DNA of 64,000 nt, taken from NCBI GenBank assembly GCA_014729085.1, contig WJKM01000023.1, positions 13,648 to 77,647 on the forward strand. The letters run 5' to 3'. Positions 1 through 9,383 of the stretch are shown piece by piece (position 1 is the stretch's first letter; every line of letters starts with the position of its first letter). Source of the DNA: Candidatus Dojkabacteria bacterium (GTDB lineage Bacteria > Patescibacteriota > Dojkabacteria > B142 > WJKM01). The notes beneath the pieces are model-generated. The model did no database searches. It saw only the letters and a program-made list of their open reading frames with translations, and had not been told where the DNA came from. The position numbers and the translations under genes were made by a program.

Positions 1-705
1 TGTATATGCAGAAGGTAGTATTTTAAAACTTATGGTTTCAAAATAATATGGAATAGGTAATACTGCATCTTTTGATTTCAACATAAATTCAAAAGTATAA
101 TCATCTATGATTTTAATATCATCAAACTGGTTTGTTAAAACGTTTGAGAAATTACTTGCAGTATCTGGATTTTTGTTTAATGTTCGTAAAAGATAAAAAG
201 TGCTTTTTACATCTTCTGTTGTTAAAGTTTCACCATCATGCCATTTAACTCCTTTTTTTAACTTAAATCTATAATGATTACCCGGTTTAATAGCTCCAAA
301 AGATTCAATTAATACCTCCTCTACTTTTCCATCTTGTGTAACTTTTACCAAACTTTCATAAACCAAGTTTGAGATGTCTTTTTCAAGCTGAATGGGAGAT
401 GGAACTAGTGGATTTATTCGAGATAGGCCTAATAATTGACCTTCATCGTCTACACCTACTATAGTACCTTCAATGTATTTCTCATTCGATAAAGGAATAA
501 AAGCCTGAGTATTATAAAAAAACAAAGAAAAAATACAGAAATATACCAGAAAACCTAATATGAAGTGACTAAATGGTCTTAGAGAAATATATAGATTCCT
601 GAACGAATTTAATGCTGATTCTTTGCCCAAAAACAATATATTGGGATAATCCCAGATTAATTCTCTAAATCTATATAGAATAGTTTCAAATATACGCTGA
701 ATCAT
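1..705 (-). CDS. ABC transporter peptide/nickel substrate-binding protein (SBP family 5), partial, runs off window start
   Basis: Own translation from ATG at 705: MIQRIFETIL...TM...EGTIVG...INPL...LVYESLVK...YRFKLKKGVKWHDGETLTTEDVKSTF, the family-5 SBP signature. Absent from the ORF track because it is truncated. Confidence 0.85.
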   Translation of the reverse strand, partial: MIQRIFETILYRFRELIWDYPNILFLGKESALNSFRNLYISLRPFSHFILGFLVYFCIFSLFFYNTQAFIPLSNEKYIEGTIVGVDDEGQLLGLSRINPLVPSPIQLEKDISNLVYESLVKVTQDGKVEEVLIESFGAIKPGNHYRFKLKKGVKWHDGETLTTEDVKSTFYLLRTLNKNPDTASNFSNVLTNQFDDIKIIDDYTFEFMLKSKDAVLPIPYYFETISFKILPSAYT

Positions 706-729
706 TTATCTGTATAAAACAAATTCTAA

Positions 730-963
730 TTACTTATTGAGTAACATTATTGCAATTGCAATTGCTACCCAAAAAACTGTAAACGCAATGGTTGCATTAT
801 GCAAGAATAATTCAGCACCACGCTTAGTTCTTTTTACCTCATCGGCAAATCCTCCTCCAAATAAAATCCCTGTATCTCCTTCCTTAGGTTGAAGTACGAT
901 GATTAAAATCAAAATAGCAGAAATTACAATTTCAACTATCATTAGTGTTTTTACAATATCCAT
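730..963 (-). CDS. secG: Preprotein translocase subunit SecG
   Basis: 77 aa, two TM helices, LIIVLQPKEG-x-G-x-LFGG and RTKRGAE motifs. Confidence 0.9.
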   Translation of the reverse strand: MDIVKTLMIVEIVISAILILIIVLQPKEGDTGILFGGGFADEVKRTKRGAELFLHNATIAFTVFWVAIAIAIMLLNK

Positions 964-1006
964 GCTTTGCTATGATTAAAAATAAACTTAAATAGTTAGA
1001 ATTTAC

Positions 1007-1417
1007 TCATCTGCCCATAAGCCACTGAGTTATAGATGTTAACAACATGGAAAAAAATCCCGCAAATACTATAACCCATGTCTGTGTAAGTTCTAAACCT
1101 CTTAAAAAGGACAAACCCATTATAGCCTCAGATCCAGTCACGTCTTCAAAATATAAGAACCCTACTAATATATATCTCATTACGAAAAAATATCCAATAC
1201 ATATTACCACTCCAAAAAATAGAAACGACCAAAAATTGACATTGATTTTAAAAAATTCGATCAAATTTGGCAAGAACATTATTACAGCAACGTAAATTGC
1301 ACCGCTCACTATATACCCAACTAACCCATCCTGCACTGTAATGCCGGGTGCTAAAGTAACAGCCGTAAAAAATGTTAAAAAATTAATCCAAATTTGATAA
1401 ACAGTATACATTGTCAA
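1007..1417 (-). CDS. 4-TM membrane protein, phage-holin family 4-like (start may be ATG 1411)
   Basis: Four hydrophobic helices and an LAPGITV motif; holin-like gene before secG. Confidence 0.5.
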   Translation of the reverse strand: MTMYTVYQIWINFLTFFTAVTLAPGITVQDGLVGYIVSGAIYVAVIMFLPNLIEFFKINVNFWSFLFFGVVICIGYFFVMRYILVGFLYFEDVTGSEAIMGLSFLRGLELTQTWVIVFAGFFSMLLTSITQWLMGR

Positions 1418-1541
1418 TTGAGCAGTTTTAATTTAAGTTTATTGACTTGACTTTAATCAACCCCTACTATCTAGTTAAACACTGGATATTATATCACCTT
1501 AAATATATATCATAAATTGATTTAAGATAATGAATTTCAAT

Positions 1542-3287
1542 TTATTTACAGCTGTATTTTGCAGAAGCAAGAATCGCATATGGTAATCTGGCAGGACTTG
1601 AACTAATAGAGTCGATACCACTTTCAATTAAAAATTTTAATGAGAGTGGATCAGCTGCTTGCTCGCCGCAAATGCTTATATGTATCTCTTCATTTACTTT
1701 CTTAGCTTTATCCACAATATCCTTAATAAATACTCCCAATCCCTTGATATCCAAAGTTGCAAATGGATCATTTTTGAAAATACCCTGCGATATATAATTT
1801 GACATAAAAGTCTCGGAATCATCGCGAGAAATTCCAAAAAGTGTTTGAGTTAAATCGTTAGTTCCAAAACTAATAAAATCCACCAATGGAGCAATGTCTT
1901 TAATTAACAAACCTGCTCTAGGCGTTTCTATCATAGAACCTATTTTGTATTTAATATTTTGCCAATTTTCATTTTTATTAATTTCTTCTTTAATTATTGA
2001 TTTAAACAAGAAAATTTCTTCTGGATCTACAATAAGTGGAATTTCTAAAATAATTTCTATCTTTTTTCCCTGCTTTTCTAATTTTTCCAATGCTTTAAAA
2101 ATTGCTTGAGTTTGAATTGATATTAAATCAGGATTTAAAACTAAAAACCGTGCACCTCGATAACCCAACATTGGATTTGTTTCACAGAATTTCCCTTCAA
2201 CTACACAATTTTTTTCTGTAAACTCGTGTAATGGAGCATCAAGGTATCTTACAACAACCTTGTTTCCTGATTGAGACTTGAATAATTTATAGAAATCATT
2301 TGTATGTTTTTTAATAAATCTTCTAGTAAGTTCCTGATCTGAATTATTATCGAAAAGTATTTTCCGTATTATCTTTCTTCCCTCCTTACCAATAAACATA
2401 TGTTCTGTTCTACAAAGTCCAATACCATTTATGTGAAAACCTTGGGCCTGTTTCGAATCATCAAGTGTATCAGCATTAGCTAATATTTCAAATTCCAGAC
2501 TTTTTGTAGCAATGAGAAGTAACTCATCGAAATATTTGGAAGTCTTAGCTGATACAATTTCCTGTTTGCCTTTATAAATTCTGCCTCTATTTGCATCCAA
2601 AGTTACAGTTCTGCCTATATATTCCGAATCTAATATGTTACTACAGCCTAGAATACAAGGTATTCCCAAACCCTTTGCAATAACCGCTGCATGTGATGTA
2701 GGCCCTGATTGTGTTAAGACCAATCCATCAGTCTTATGAAAATAAGCTAAATCTTCTTGGAAAACTTCGGACAAAACCCATATACTACTTTTATTTTGTA
2801 AAAAATTATCTTCCAAATCTTTTCGTTTACTGACTAACTCCCCAACTACTCCTCCGTATGTAACTGGGTTTCCCTCAGCTATAGAAATAGTTGTTTTTTT
2901 CTTTTTTACGGTCGAAGCTAACCATTCATGAATAAAATCAAGAGGTATTTTTTGAAATAATTCATCTTTTTCAATAATTCCTGATTTATATAATTCATTT
3001 AAGACTTGAGGGAAAACTGAAGCTTCCAATTTTGCTTCCTTGCTGAATTCGATAATATATTTCTTATTCTCTTTATCGTAAGAAATAATACATTCAACAA
3101 CAAACTTATATTTCTTTTCAAGATCTTTTAAATTCTTTTTTAACTCTTTCTTAATTTTATTAGGCAACTCTGAATATTCAAGAACAGAAAAGTCGTTTAG
3201 CGAGTAAAGATAACCAAATATTTCATTCTCCCCATTATTAGGATTTCTTGAATATATTGAACCAATAAAATCAAATTGCTTGCTCAT
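1542..3287 (-). CDS. PPDK-derived PEP-utilising enzyme lacking most of the N-terminal ATP-grasp domain
   Basis: TSHAAVIA phospho-His, GIGLCRTEHMF, LDAPLHEF, NPMLGYRG, MIETPRA, SFGTNDLTQ, ICGE; only 581 aa. Confidence 0.85.
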   Translation of the reverse strand: MSKQFDFIGSIYSRNPNNGENEIFGYLYSLNDFSVLEYSELPNKIKKELKKNLKDLEKKYKFVVECIISYDKENKKYIIEFSKEAKLEASVFPQVLNELYKSGIIEKDELFQKIPLDFIHEWLASTVKKKKTTISIAEGNPVTYGGVVGELVSKRKDLEDNFLQNKSSIWVLSEVFQEDLAYFHKTDGLVLTQSGPTSHAAVIAKGLGIPCILGCSNILDSEYIGRTVTLDANRGRIYKGKQEIVSAKTSKYFDELLLIATKSLEFEILANADTLDDSKQAQGFHINGIGLCRTEHMFIGKEGRKIIRKILFDNNSDQELTRRFIKKHTNDFYKLFKSQSGNKVVVRYLDAPLHEFTEKNCVVEGKFCETNPMLGYRGARFLVLNPDLISIQTQAIFKALEKLEKQGKKIEIILEIPLIVDPEEIFLFKSIIKEEINKNENWQNIKYKIGSMIETPRAGLLIKDIAPLVDFISFGTNDLTQTLFGISRDDSETFMSNYISQGIFKNDPFATLDIKGLGVFIKDIVDKAKKVNEEIHISICGEQAADPLSLKFLIESGIDSISSSPARLPYAILASAKYSCK

Positions 3288-3386
3288 TATTTTTTCAGAT
3301 AAAATAACACAGTTTGCTGTATTATATATATAGTTTTAAAAAAACAAAATATTTTATATGTTTATATCATAATTATCTCAAACAAA

Positions 3387-4163
3387 ATGGTATCAGAAAA
3401 AATACTATTAAAACATGGATATATTGAATTCATAGACAAAAATGGATTGACTCCTAAATCTCAAAAGGCAAAAGACAAGATTAAACTTCTAGAACATAAT
3501 TTTCAGGATCTATTAAATCCGTTATCAATAAAAATTGTTACAAATCCTGCAACAATAGTAAGTAAAAGTCAATTTTCCAACCTTAAGAATATAATTAAAA
3601 GAACTTGGGAAAACGCTAAATCCATAGGATACCCCTTTGTTGAGGAGTTATTTATGAGAACAAGTTTTTTTAATAGCAGCACCGCTTTTAGTATGCCGCT
3701 GAAGCAAATTCCTTACTCTACCCCACAAAAAATGGCTAAAATTATCTATAAACAAATTCAAAAATTTGGTTATCCTGATCAGATTATTCTGCATCCAAGA
3801 CTCTCGCTTACTAACTTAAAAAAATGCATGATTGCCGCCCGATTTAAACTTAAAGCTTCTACGCTAGAAGCAGAGATCGGACACAAAGGAATAAGGGATA
3901 TAAATCAACTTCATAAAGGCAAAATACATCTTTCAGCGACCTTAGATAGTGAATTTGAACTAAAAATTGAGAAAGGTGTTCCAACCGATAAAGAAATAGA
4001 ACAATACAAAAAAATTATACTTGCGGGAAAAATCTTCCTTCCTTTTGCTGAAGAAATGATTATTGATGAAACTGCAAAACATAAAGAAATAGTTTACGAA
4101 TTTAGAGTTCAGCCTTATAATGAATGGCTTTATATGATTTTTAATGATATTGAATATACATAA
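3387..4163 (+). CDS. Hypothetical protein, possibly a degenerate ATP-grasp/PPDK_N-like domain
   Basis: 258-aa ORF; LFMRTS resembles VRSS and IVYEFRVQ..LYMIFND resembles the DIEF..LYILQ end of PPDK_N (weak). Confidence 0.5.
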   Translation: MVSEKILLKHGYIEFIDKNGLTPKSQKAKDKIKLLEHNFQDLLNPLSIKIVTNPATIVSKSQFSNLKNIIKRTWENAKSIGYPFVEELFMRTSFFNSSTAFSMPLKQIPYSTPQKMAKIIYKQIQKFGYPDQIILHPRLSLTNLKKCMIAARFKLKASTLEAEIGHKGIRDINQLHKGKIHLSATLDSEFELKIEKGVPTDKEIEQYKKIILAGKIFLPFAEEMIIDETAKHKEIVYEFRVQPYNEWLYMIFNDIEYT

Positions 4164-4228
4164 ACTATTTTCAGCTTTTGCTTTAAGGACTGGGAAATTT
4201 CCAGCAAAACTACTAAAATATCTTCAGT

Positions 4229-5005
4229 ATGAAATCAAACCAAAAATTTGAAAATCCTTTTGGAAATATATTTGAGAAAGCATATGCTCAAGATGCAGAT
4301 CTTATTGTCTCCCCAACTTTACCGGTTGATCCCAATCTACAAGGTCCTCTATTTGGTACTGGTCCAGACATCACAGGCACACCAACCACACCCTCATCTG
4401 GACTTGCGACAATTAAATTGACTTCTGATGAGGCAAGTGATCTGCAAATGAATGACAGTTTTACATTAAAAGTTGAAATACTCTCCAACGATTTAAACAT
4501 ATCTGGCTTTGGAGTTACTATTGTATTCAATCCCAATAAATTGGAGATACTCAACACAAAATACTTAGATACATACTTCACAAATAATAATGAAATAAAT
4601 GCAGATGAATTCAATGGGACTATTTCTATCAAAGGTGATGCTTTAGAAGATGCCATTACTATAAATAGAGCAATTGCAGAAATAGAATTTGCAGTAAGAT
4701 CAGAAGGTTTAATTGATATCAATGTAGATGAAGATTCCGAAGCAACATTTCTGAATTCAGAGACTGGAGAAAATATACCTTTAAATTTTTTAAACTTTGA
4801 AACGCAGGTGGGAGTTTCAGAAGTTACGAGCACAAGTACTACAATGATCTCCCCTACCCAAACAACAACTAGCACTTATAAAGTTATACCTAAAAGTGAT
4901 ATTGAATCAATTTCAGAAATCTGGCCTTTGTTTGTTGGAGGCCTTGTTCTAGTTATTGGTTTATGGATGAAGAAAGCATCCCAGAAAGATGAAGATATAT
5001 TTTAA
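4229..5005 (+). CDS. Cohesin-like beta-sandwich surface protein with Thr-rich linker and C-terminal TM anchor
   Basis: FTLKVEI..ISGFGVTIVFNPNKLEI..GTISI..IAEIEF pattern; IPKSD then a hydrophobic helix and KK. Confidence 0.7.
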   Translation: MKSNQKFENPFGNIFEKAYAQDADLIVSPTLPVDPNLQGPLFGTGPDITGTPTTPSSGLATIKLTSDEASDLQMNDSFTLKVEILSNDLNISGFGVTIVFNPNKLEILNTKYLDTYFTNNNEINADEFNGTISIKGDALEDAITINRAIAEIEFAVRSEGLIDINVDEDSEATFLNSETGENIPLNFLNFETQVGVSEVTSTSTTMISPTQTTTSTYKVIPKSDIESISEIWPLFVGGLVLVIGLWMKKASQKDEDIF

Positions 5006-5033
5006 TCCTCAATAAATCTTTTACATAAGATAA

Positions 5034-5927
5034 ATGCCTCTAAGCACTCATACCGACAAAACTTATGTTATGGGAACTCAAATAGAAATAAAAATTGTGA
5101 GTTCCGCCTCAAAAATCAATATTGACAATATATTACAAGATTCTATTAATATATTTCATCAAATTTCAACTCGATATTCTCGATTTACAGATTCTAGCGA
5201 ACTCTCAATTGTTAATAAATCTCAAGGCAAATTAATCTACATATCTCCAGAGTTGTTTCAACTTATCAAAGTCAGTTTGAAATTATATGAGGATACCAAA
5301 GGAGTATTTGATCCTACAATAATCGACTTTCTTGAAGCTTATGGATACAACAAAAAATATAATTTCGATAAACTAAACTCCAAAAATTTGAATAATGAAA
5401 TTAAAAAGCTTGTATCTACAAGACCTTCTTTTAAAGAAATACAATTAAATGCAGCTGATAAAACAATAAAGCTTGCTCAAAATCAAAAGATTGACTTGGG
5501 AGGTATTGCAAAAGGTTATGCAATAAGGAAGGTTAAAAATTTATTATTGGATAACAACTTTCAAAATTTTACAATTTCTGCAGGTGGAGATGTGTATGCA
5601 AACGGATACAAAGATAACGGTAATAAATGGAAAGCCGCCTTATTTAATCCCCAAAAAAGTATTAATTCCCAAAAAACAGAGATTTATAAAGTTATAAACC
5701 TACATAATGAAGCTTTTGCAAGTTCAGGAAGCTGGGCGAGAAAAATAGGAAAATTTCATCATCTAATAAATCCTCAAATAGGCAAACCTGCAAAAATAAA
5801 GAAACCCGTATTTATCAAGGGAAAAGACCCTCTTTACGCAGATGCTTTAGCAACAATTTGTTATTTAGATGAAAAAATTGCTCAAAAGTTATTTAAAAAA
5901 TATGACTGTGAAAAAATAAATGTATAA
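5034..5927 (+). CDS. apbE: FAD:protein FMN transferase (ApbE family)
   Basis: MGT, SRF..SELS, FDPTI, DLGGIAKGY, AGGD, ASSG, HHLINP, ADALAT. Confidence 0.92.
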   Translation: MPLSTHTDKTYVMGTQIEIKIVSSASKINIDNILQDSINIFHQISTRYSRFTDSSELSIVNKSQGKLIYISPELFQLIKVSLKLYEDTKGVFDPTIIDFLEAYGYNKKYNFDKLNSKNLNNEIKKLVSTRPSFKEIQLNAADKTIKLAQNQKIDLGGIAKGYAIRKVKNLLLDNNFQNFTISAGGDVYANGYKDNGNKWKAALFNPQKSINSQKTEIYKVINLHNEAFASSGSWARKIGKFHHLINPQIGKPAKIKKPVFIKGKDPLYADALATICYLDEKIAQKLFKKYDCEKINV

Positions 5928-5969
5928 AAAGGACAGAGTTATCTATCCTTCTTATACTTAAAATCAAAT

Positions 5970-8900
5970 TTATTCTGGTGTAAACTTCTTTGGTGCGTCA
6001 ACTTCAGCTCTTACCCAATATCCAACAACTGGATATACCTTAAAATCATTTCCATATTCCACACCGTCTTTAAGTATTACATTGTAATACATCCCTCCCT
6101 CCCATTTACTTAAAGTATCTGCATTAATCATCTGTGAATTCATCATTCTCAATACATCGAAACCTTGATAGCTTGGTTTATTCTGATTGTAAATACTAAT
6201 AAGATTCCAACCCGAATTTATTTGCACAGGAAGACTTCCTTCTACTTTCTTCCCTTTTAGAAATATTTCTGCAGAACTGTAATTCTTTACAAAATAACCT
6301 TCACCAGGTAATATTGCATAATCATCTCCAAATTCATGATCAACACCTGAATCTTCCTCCCTATTTGAATAGATCAAGAACTGTCCACTTCTATATGTAG
6401 CTAAATGAGTAGCTTCAGCACCCTGATCATTAATATTTTTAAGAAGTTCTGATGCCATTCTAATATTACTTGTATTTTCACCTTCCATAACCATTGGAAT
6501 GGAAATGAGGTTCCAACCAAGCTTCAAGTCATATACTTGATTTTCAGCAACTTTATTAATATTAATTTGAATACCTTGACTTTCTTCATCAGTTAAATAT
6601 TCTTCATCCTCATCCTTCATTCCATTTCCGTTTGTATCCCAGTAAAACTGAATAGGCCCTTCCTCCATAACTTCAATGGATTTAGTTCGTATGTTATTCC
6701 CCTGAACTAAATAAACTCCAGGCTCTACAGATTCAGAAGTCTCTGTTTCTTGGGCTTGTACTTTGGAAATAAAGATATTTTTAAAATTCAATTCCATCAT
6801 CTCTCCTCCGTTATTACAATCCGGATGAACTACGCAATCTGCATAACCTCCCTCACAATCTGTATGTTCACCGCAATTAGAATAGATTTTCTGTACTGAA
6901 TTGTTTGCACACCGTCCTCCTGCACCACAACCTGTAGCTGTATCTAAAGATGTTTCGCATACATCTACGCAATTTACTTCAGTTTCTATTCCCATACATG
7001 AATTATATTCATCACTCCCAACTGCCCCCTCACTTAAACATAGTTGGTGATTCCCGCCTGTTTGTCCCGTTCCATCCGGTTCAACTGCAACATCGGCACC
7101 TGGCCTTAATACACATTCACTTCCTCTACAATGATAATTAGAGCCGTGTGTTGCAGTACAATCTTCCCTTAACTCTTGTGGATAACTCATGTCTCTACAT
7201 TCTCCAAGAACGGTGTTGGAAAGACAAGCTTTTCCACCATGTGGGACATCGCCATTATTACATGCTCTATTACCTGTATCTCCTTCGGGAGGTTCACTAT
7301 CTGGATCTCTACTGCATGTTTCAGAATTCATATCCCTACAAGCCTCTGTACATGAGTTGTAATCCAATGCATAAAAGTCTTTATTAACACAATCCTCACC
7401 AACTAAACAATTACATGATAAAGTTTCATTTCCATTTCCGTCTCCATCAGTTCCAGAACCACCATCATCGTCTGTTGTTGTAAGTGGCTGGCAACTAACT
7501 CCCGAGCAAATCTCATTTGCTCCGCAATCCTTAAGCTTAATTCTGCTTCCATTTTCACAAATATAAAGCTCTCCTGGAGGCCCATATTTATTGCACATTC
7601 TATCTCCATGTTTATAGTCTCCACAAGGATCTTGGCCGTCATCCTCCTCTTGTCCTACGGGTGGATCTCCAGCGCCAGCAGGCGGTTGCCCATCTGTTGG
7701 GTCTGGATCGTTTGAATATCTACAAGAACCGTCGTCTACTTCTGCTTCAGGATTATAATTAAGTGCTAATTCGTCAGTACATCCTCTTATTTGTTCTGGA
7801 GGAGTGCTTTCTTCTGGCGTTGGAGTATCAGTATCACCTCCTTCAATGATCTTGTTATGAACAAGTATATCTTCAGCAAAATAAGTATTATAAGGGGTCA
7901 AACCTACAAGATTAAACGTCTGGACTTTTTCTTCTCTATAAATAATAGACTCAATCTTCATCCATTTCCCATTAATATCATAGATCATGTCTTCTTCTTC
8001 GATCTTTTGAATTTCAAAATTCATCCCAGCTATATGATGATCATTTTGTGCATCTTGTGGACTAATTGCACCCCATCCAACATATCCATTTTGCTTCTTA
8101 ATATAAACTGGATGTTCACTTGTCAATTTCAATTTTTTATTAATAATGTAATAATTCTCTCTGATAGGCTTTTCAATTTTTCTAACAAATGAAACCCCCA
8201 TTACCTTATTTGTTATATCAAAACTCATAATACTTTCCCCTATTTGAATATCTTCAATATTCTTTGTCTTCCCATTAGATAAGCTAATTTTCGTCCCCTT
8301 CAAAAAACAACTTGTATTTCCTCCGCTCGAACCACCTGTTGATTGAGGTTGAGTTTCTTCTGGTGTAGACTCTGGTGTTGGCTCTTCTGTCTCTTCTGGT
8401 GTAGGAACAGTATCTTCGATACAGTTATTTCCAACTGGCCTCCAACCTTCTGGACATTCCATTCGAGCATATACTTTATCTAATAATTTCTGATTATTTG
8501 GATCAAACGCTTCTACATTATCTCCAATATACGCATCATCGACTGGTTGATCCTCGCTTGCTTTAAAAATAAGCTTCGCCTCATTAACTGATTTCCCTGT
8601 ATCTGCAAAAAAACCGATAGTCTCATCATCAGAATCAGTTCCTTGAAATAATCCTGAATAATCATTTATATAAAGATGTTGTACATCAAAAGAATAACTA
8701 CCGTTTGCTATAACACTTGAAATAAACTGAGATTTTGTACCATCCTCAGTTTCCCTTTTAAATAAAACTGTTCCGTCTGAAACTGCTTTTTTATTAGCAT
8801 CAAATACACGTCCATATACAGGATCTGGAGAATTGATATCCTTTAGTATTGGATTTGTTGTGAAGTTATTATTCTCCCCTTCCTTATACTTAGCATCTTG

Positions 8901-9239
8901 AATTTCATATGTATAGGTTGTCTCCGGACTTAGGTCCCTAATGGTAACATGATGAGTAAACCTTTTCTGAGCTTTTTCAGAATTATACTCATATATTCCT
9001 ACATCTTTTTCTTGTATATCTCTATCATCATAGTAAACAGTATTATTTACAGTAACCTTTCCTATTGTTGGTTTATCAGTAGTATAGAAAACAGTAGCAC
9101 TTGTGTCTTTCAAATTGGTAACAATTATATTGTCGGCATTTACTTTTCCTCCCTTAATAATAATTACTAATATTAAAATTACTGTTGACACAATAAATGC
9201 TGCAAATGCGTAAAACAAACTCTTATTATTTTCTTTCAT
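5970..9239 (-). CDS. Large membrane-anchored surface protein: FN3/PAP-N domain, Hint/BIL domain, Cys-rich region, C-terminal GWNLIS repeats
   Basis: N-terminal TM; THHVTIRDLSPETTYTYEI (FN3); CFLKGT...LTSEHP...YFAEDILVHN (Hint); GCTDELALNYNPEAEVDDGSC; two GWNLIS repeats. Confidence 0.85.
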   Translation of the reverse strand: MKENNKSLFYAFAAFIVSTVILILVIIIKGGKVNADNIIVTNLKDTSATVFYTTDKPTIGKVTVNNTVYYDDRDIQEKDVGIYEYNSEKAQKRFTHHVTIRDLSPETTYTYEIQDAKYKEGENNNFTTNPILKDINSPDPVYGRVFDANKKAVSDGTVLFKRETEDGTKSQFISSVIANGSYSFDVQHLYINDYSGLFQGTDSDDETIGFFADTGKSVNEAKLIFKASEDQPVDDAYIGDNVEAFDPNNQKLLDKVYARMECPEGWRPVGNNCIEDTVPTPEETEEPTPESTPEETQPQSTGGSSGGNTSCFLKGTKISLSNGKTKNIEDIQIGESIMSFDITNKVMGVSFVRKIEKPIRENYYIINKKLKLTSEHPVYIKKQNGYVGWGAISPQDAQNDHHIAGMNFEIQKIEEEDMIYDINGKWMKIESIIYREEKVQTFNLVGLTPYNTYFAEDILVHNKIIEGGDTDTPTPEESTPPEQIRGCTDELALNYNPEAEVDDGSCRYSNDPDPTDGQPPAGAGDPPVGQEEDDGQDPCGDYKHGDRMCNKYGPPGELYICENGSRIKLKDCGANEICSGVSCQPLTTTDDDGGSGTDGDGNGNETLSCNCLVGEDCVNKDFYALDYNSCTEACRDMNSETCSRDPDSEPPEGDTGNRACNNGDVPHGGKACLSNTVLGECRDMSYPQELREDCTATHGSNYHCRGSECVLRPGADVAVEPDGTGQTGGNHQLCLSEGAVGSDEYNSCMGIETEVNCVDVCETSLDTATGCGAGGRCANNSVQKIYSNCGEHTDCEGGYADCVVHPDCNNGGEMMELNFKNIFISKVQAQETETSESVEPGVYLVQGNNIRTKSIEVMEEGPIQFYWDTNGNGMKDEDEEYLTDEESQGIQININKVAENQVYDLKLGWNLISIPMVMEGENTSNIRMASELLKNINDQGAEATHLATYRSGQFLIYSNREEDSGVDHEFGDDYAILPGEGYFVKNYSSAEIFLKGKKVEGSLPVQINSGWNLISIYNQNKPSYQGFDVLRMMNSQMINADTLSKWEGGMYYNVILKDGVEYGNDFKVYPVVGYWVRAEVDAPKKFTPE
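7854..8309 (-). other. Hint / bacterial intein-like (BIL) autoprocessing domain, 152 aa
   Basis: Block A C-F-L-K-G-T, block B T-S-E-H, terminal V-H-N followed by K; no homing endonuclease. Confidence 0.9.
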
Positions 9240-9383
9240 TAATCATTATTAATTAAGTAAAATATTGTTTATACTCTAATATAACAAATTTAAAATTAGT
9301 TTTTAATATAATTCCTCATGGCTTTTAAACCATAGATATTGTAAACTTTACTATTCATACTTATTATTTATTTAATAGAGATT

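Noticed and set aside
2178-2193. parS-like half site TGTTTCAC
   Set aside because: The second half does not match the palindrome, and it lies within a CDS; I found no full parS by eye
7854-8309. Canonical mobile intein
   Set aside because: No homing endonuclease, the +1 residue is Lys, and the host is a variable surface protein; classed as BIL/Hint
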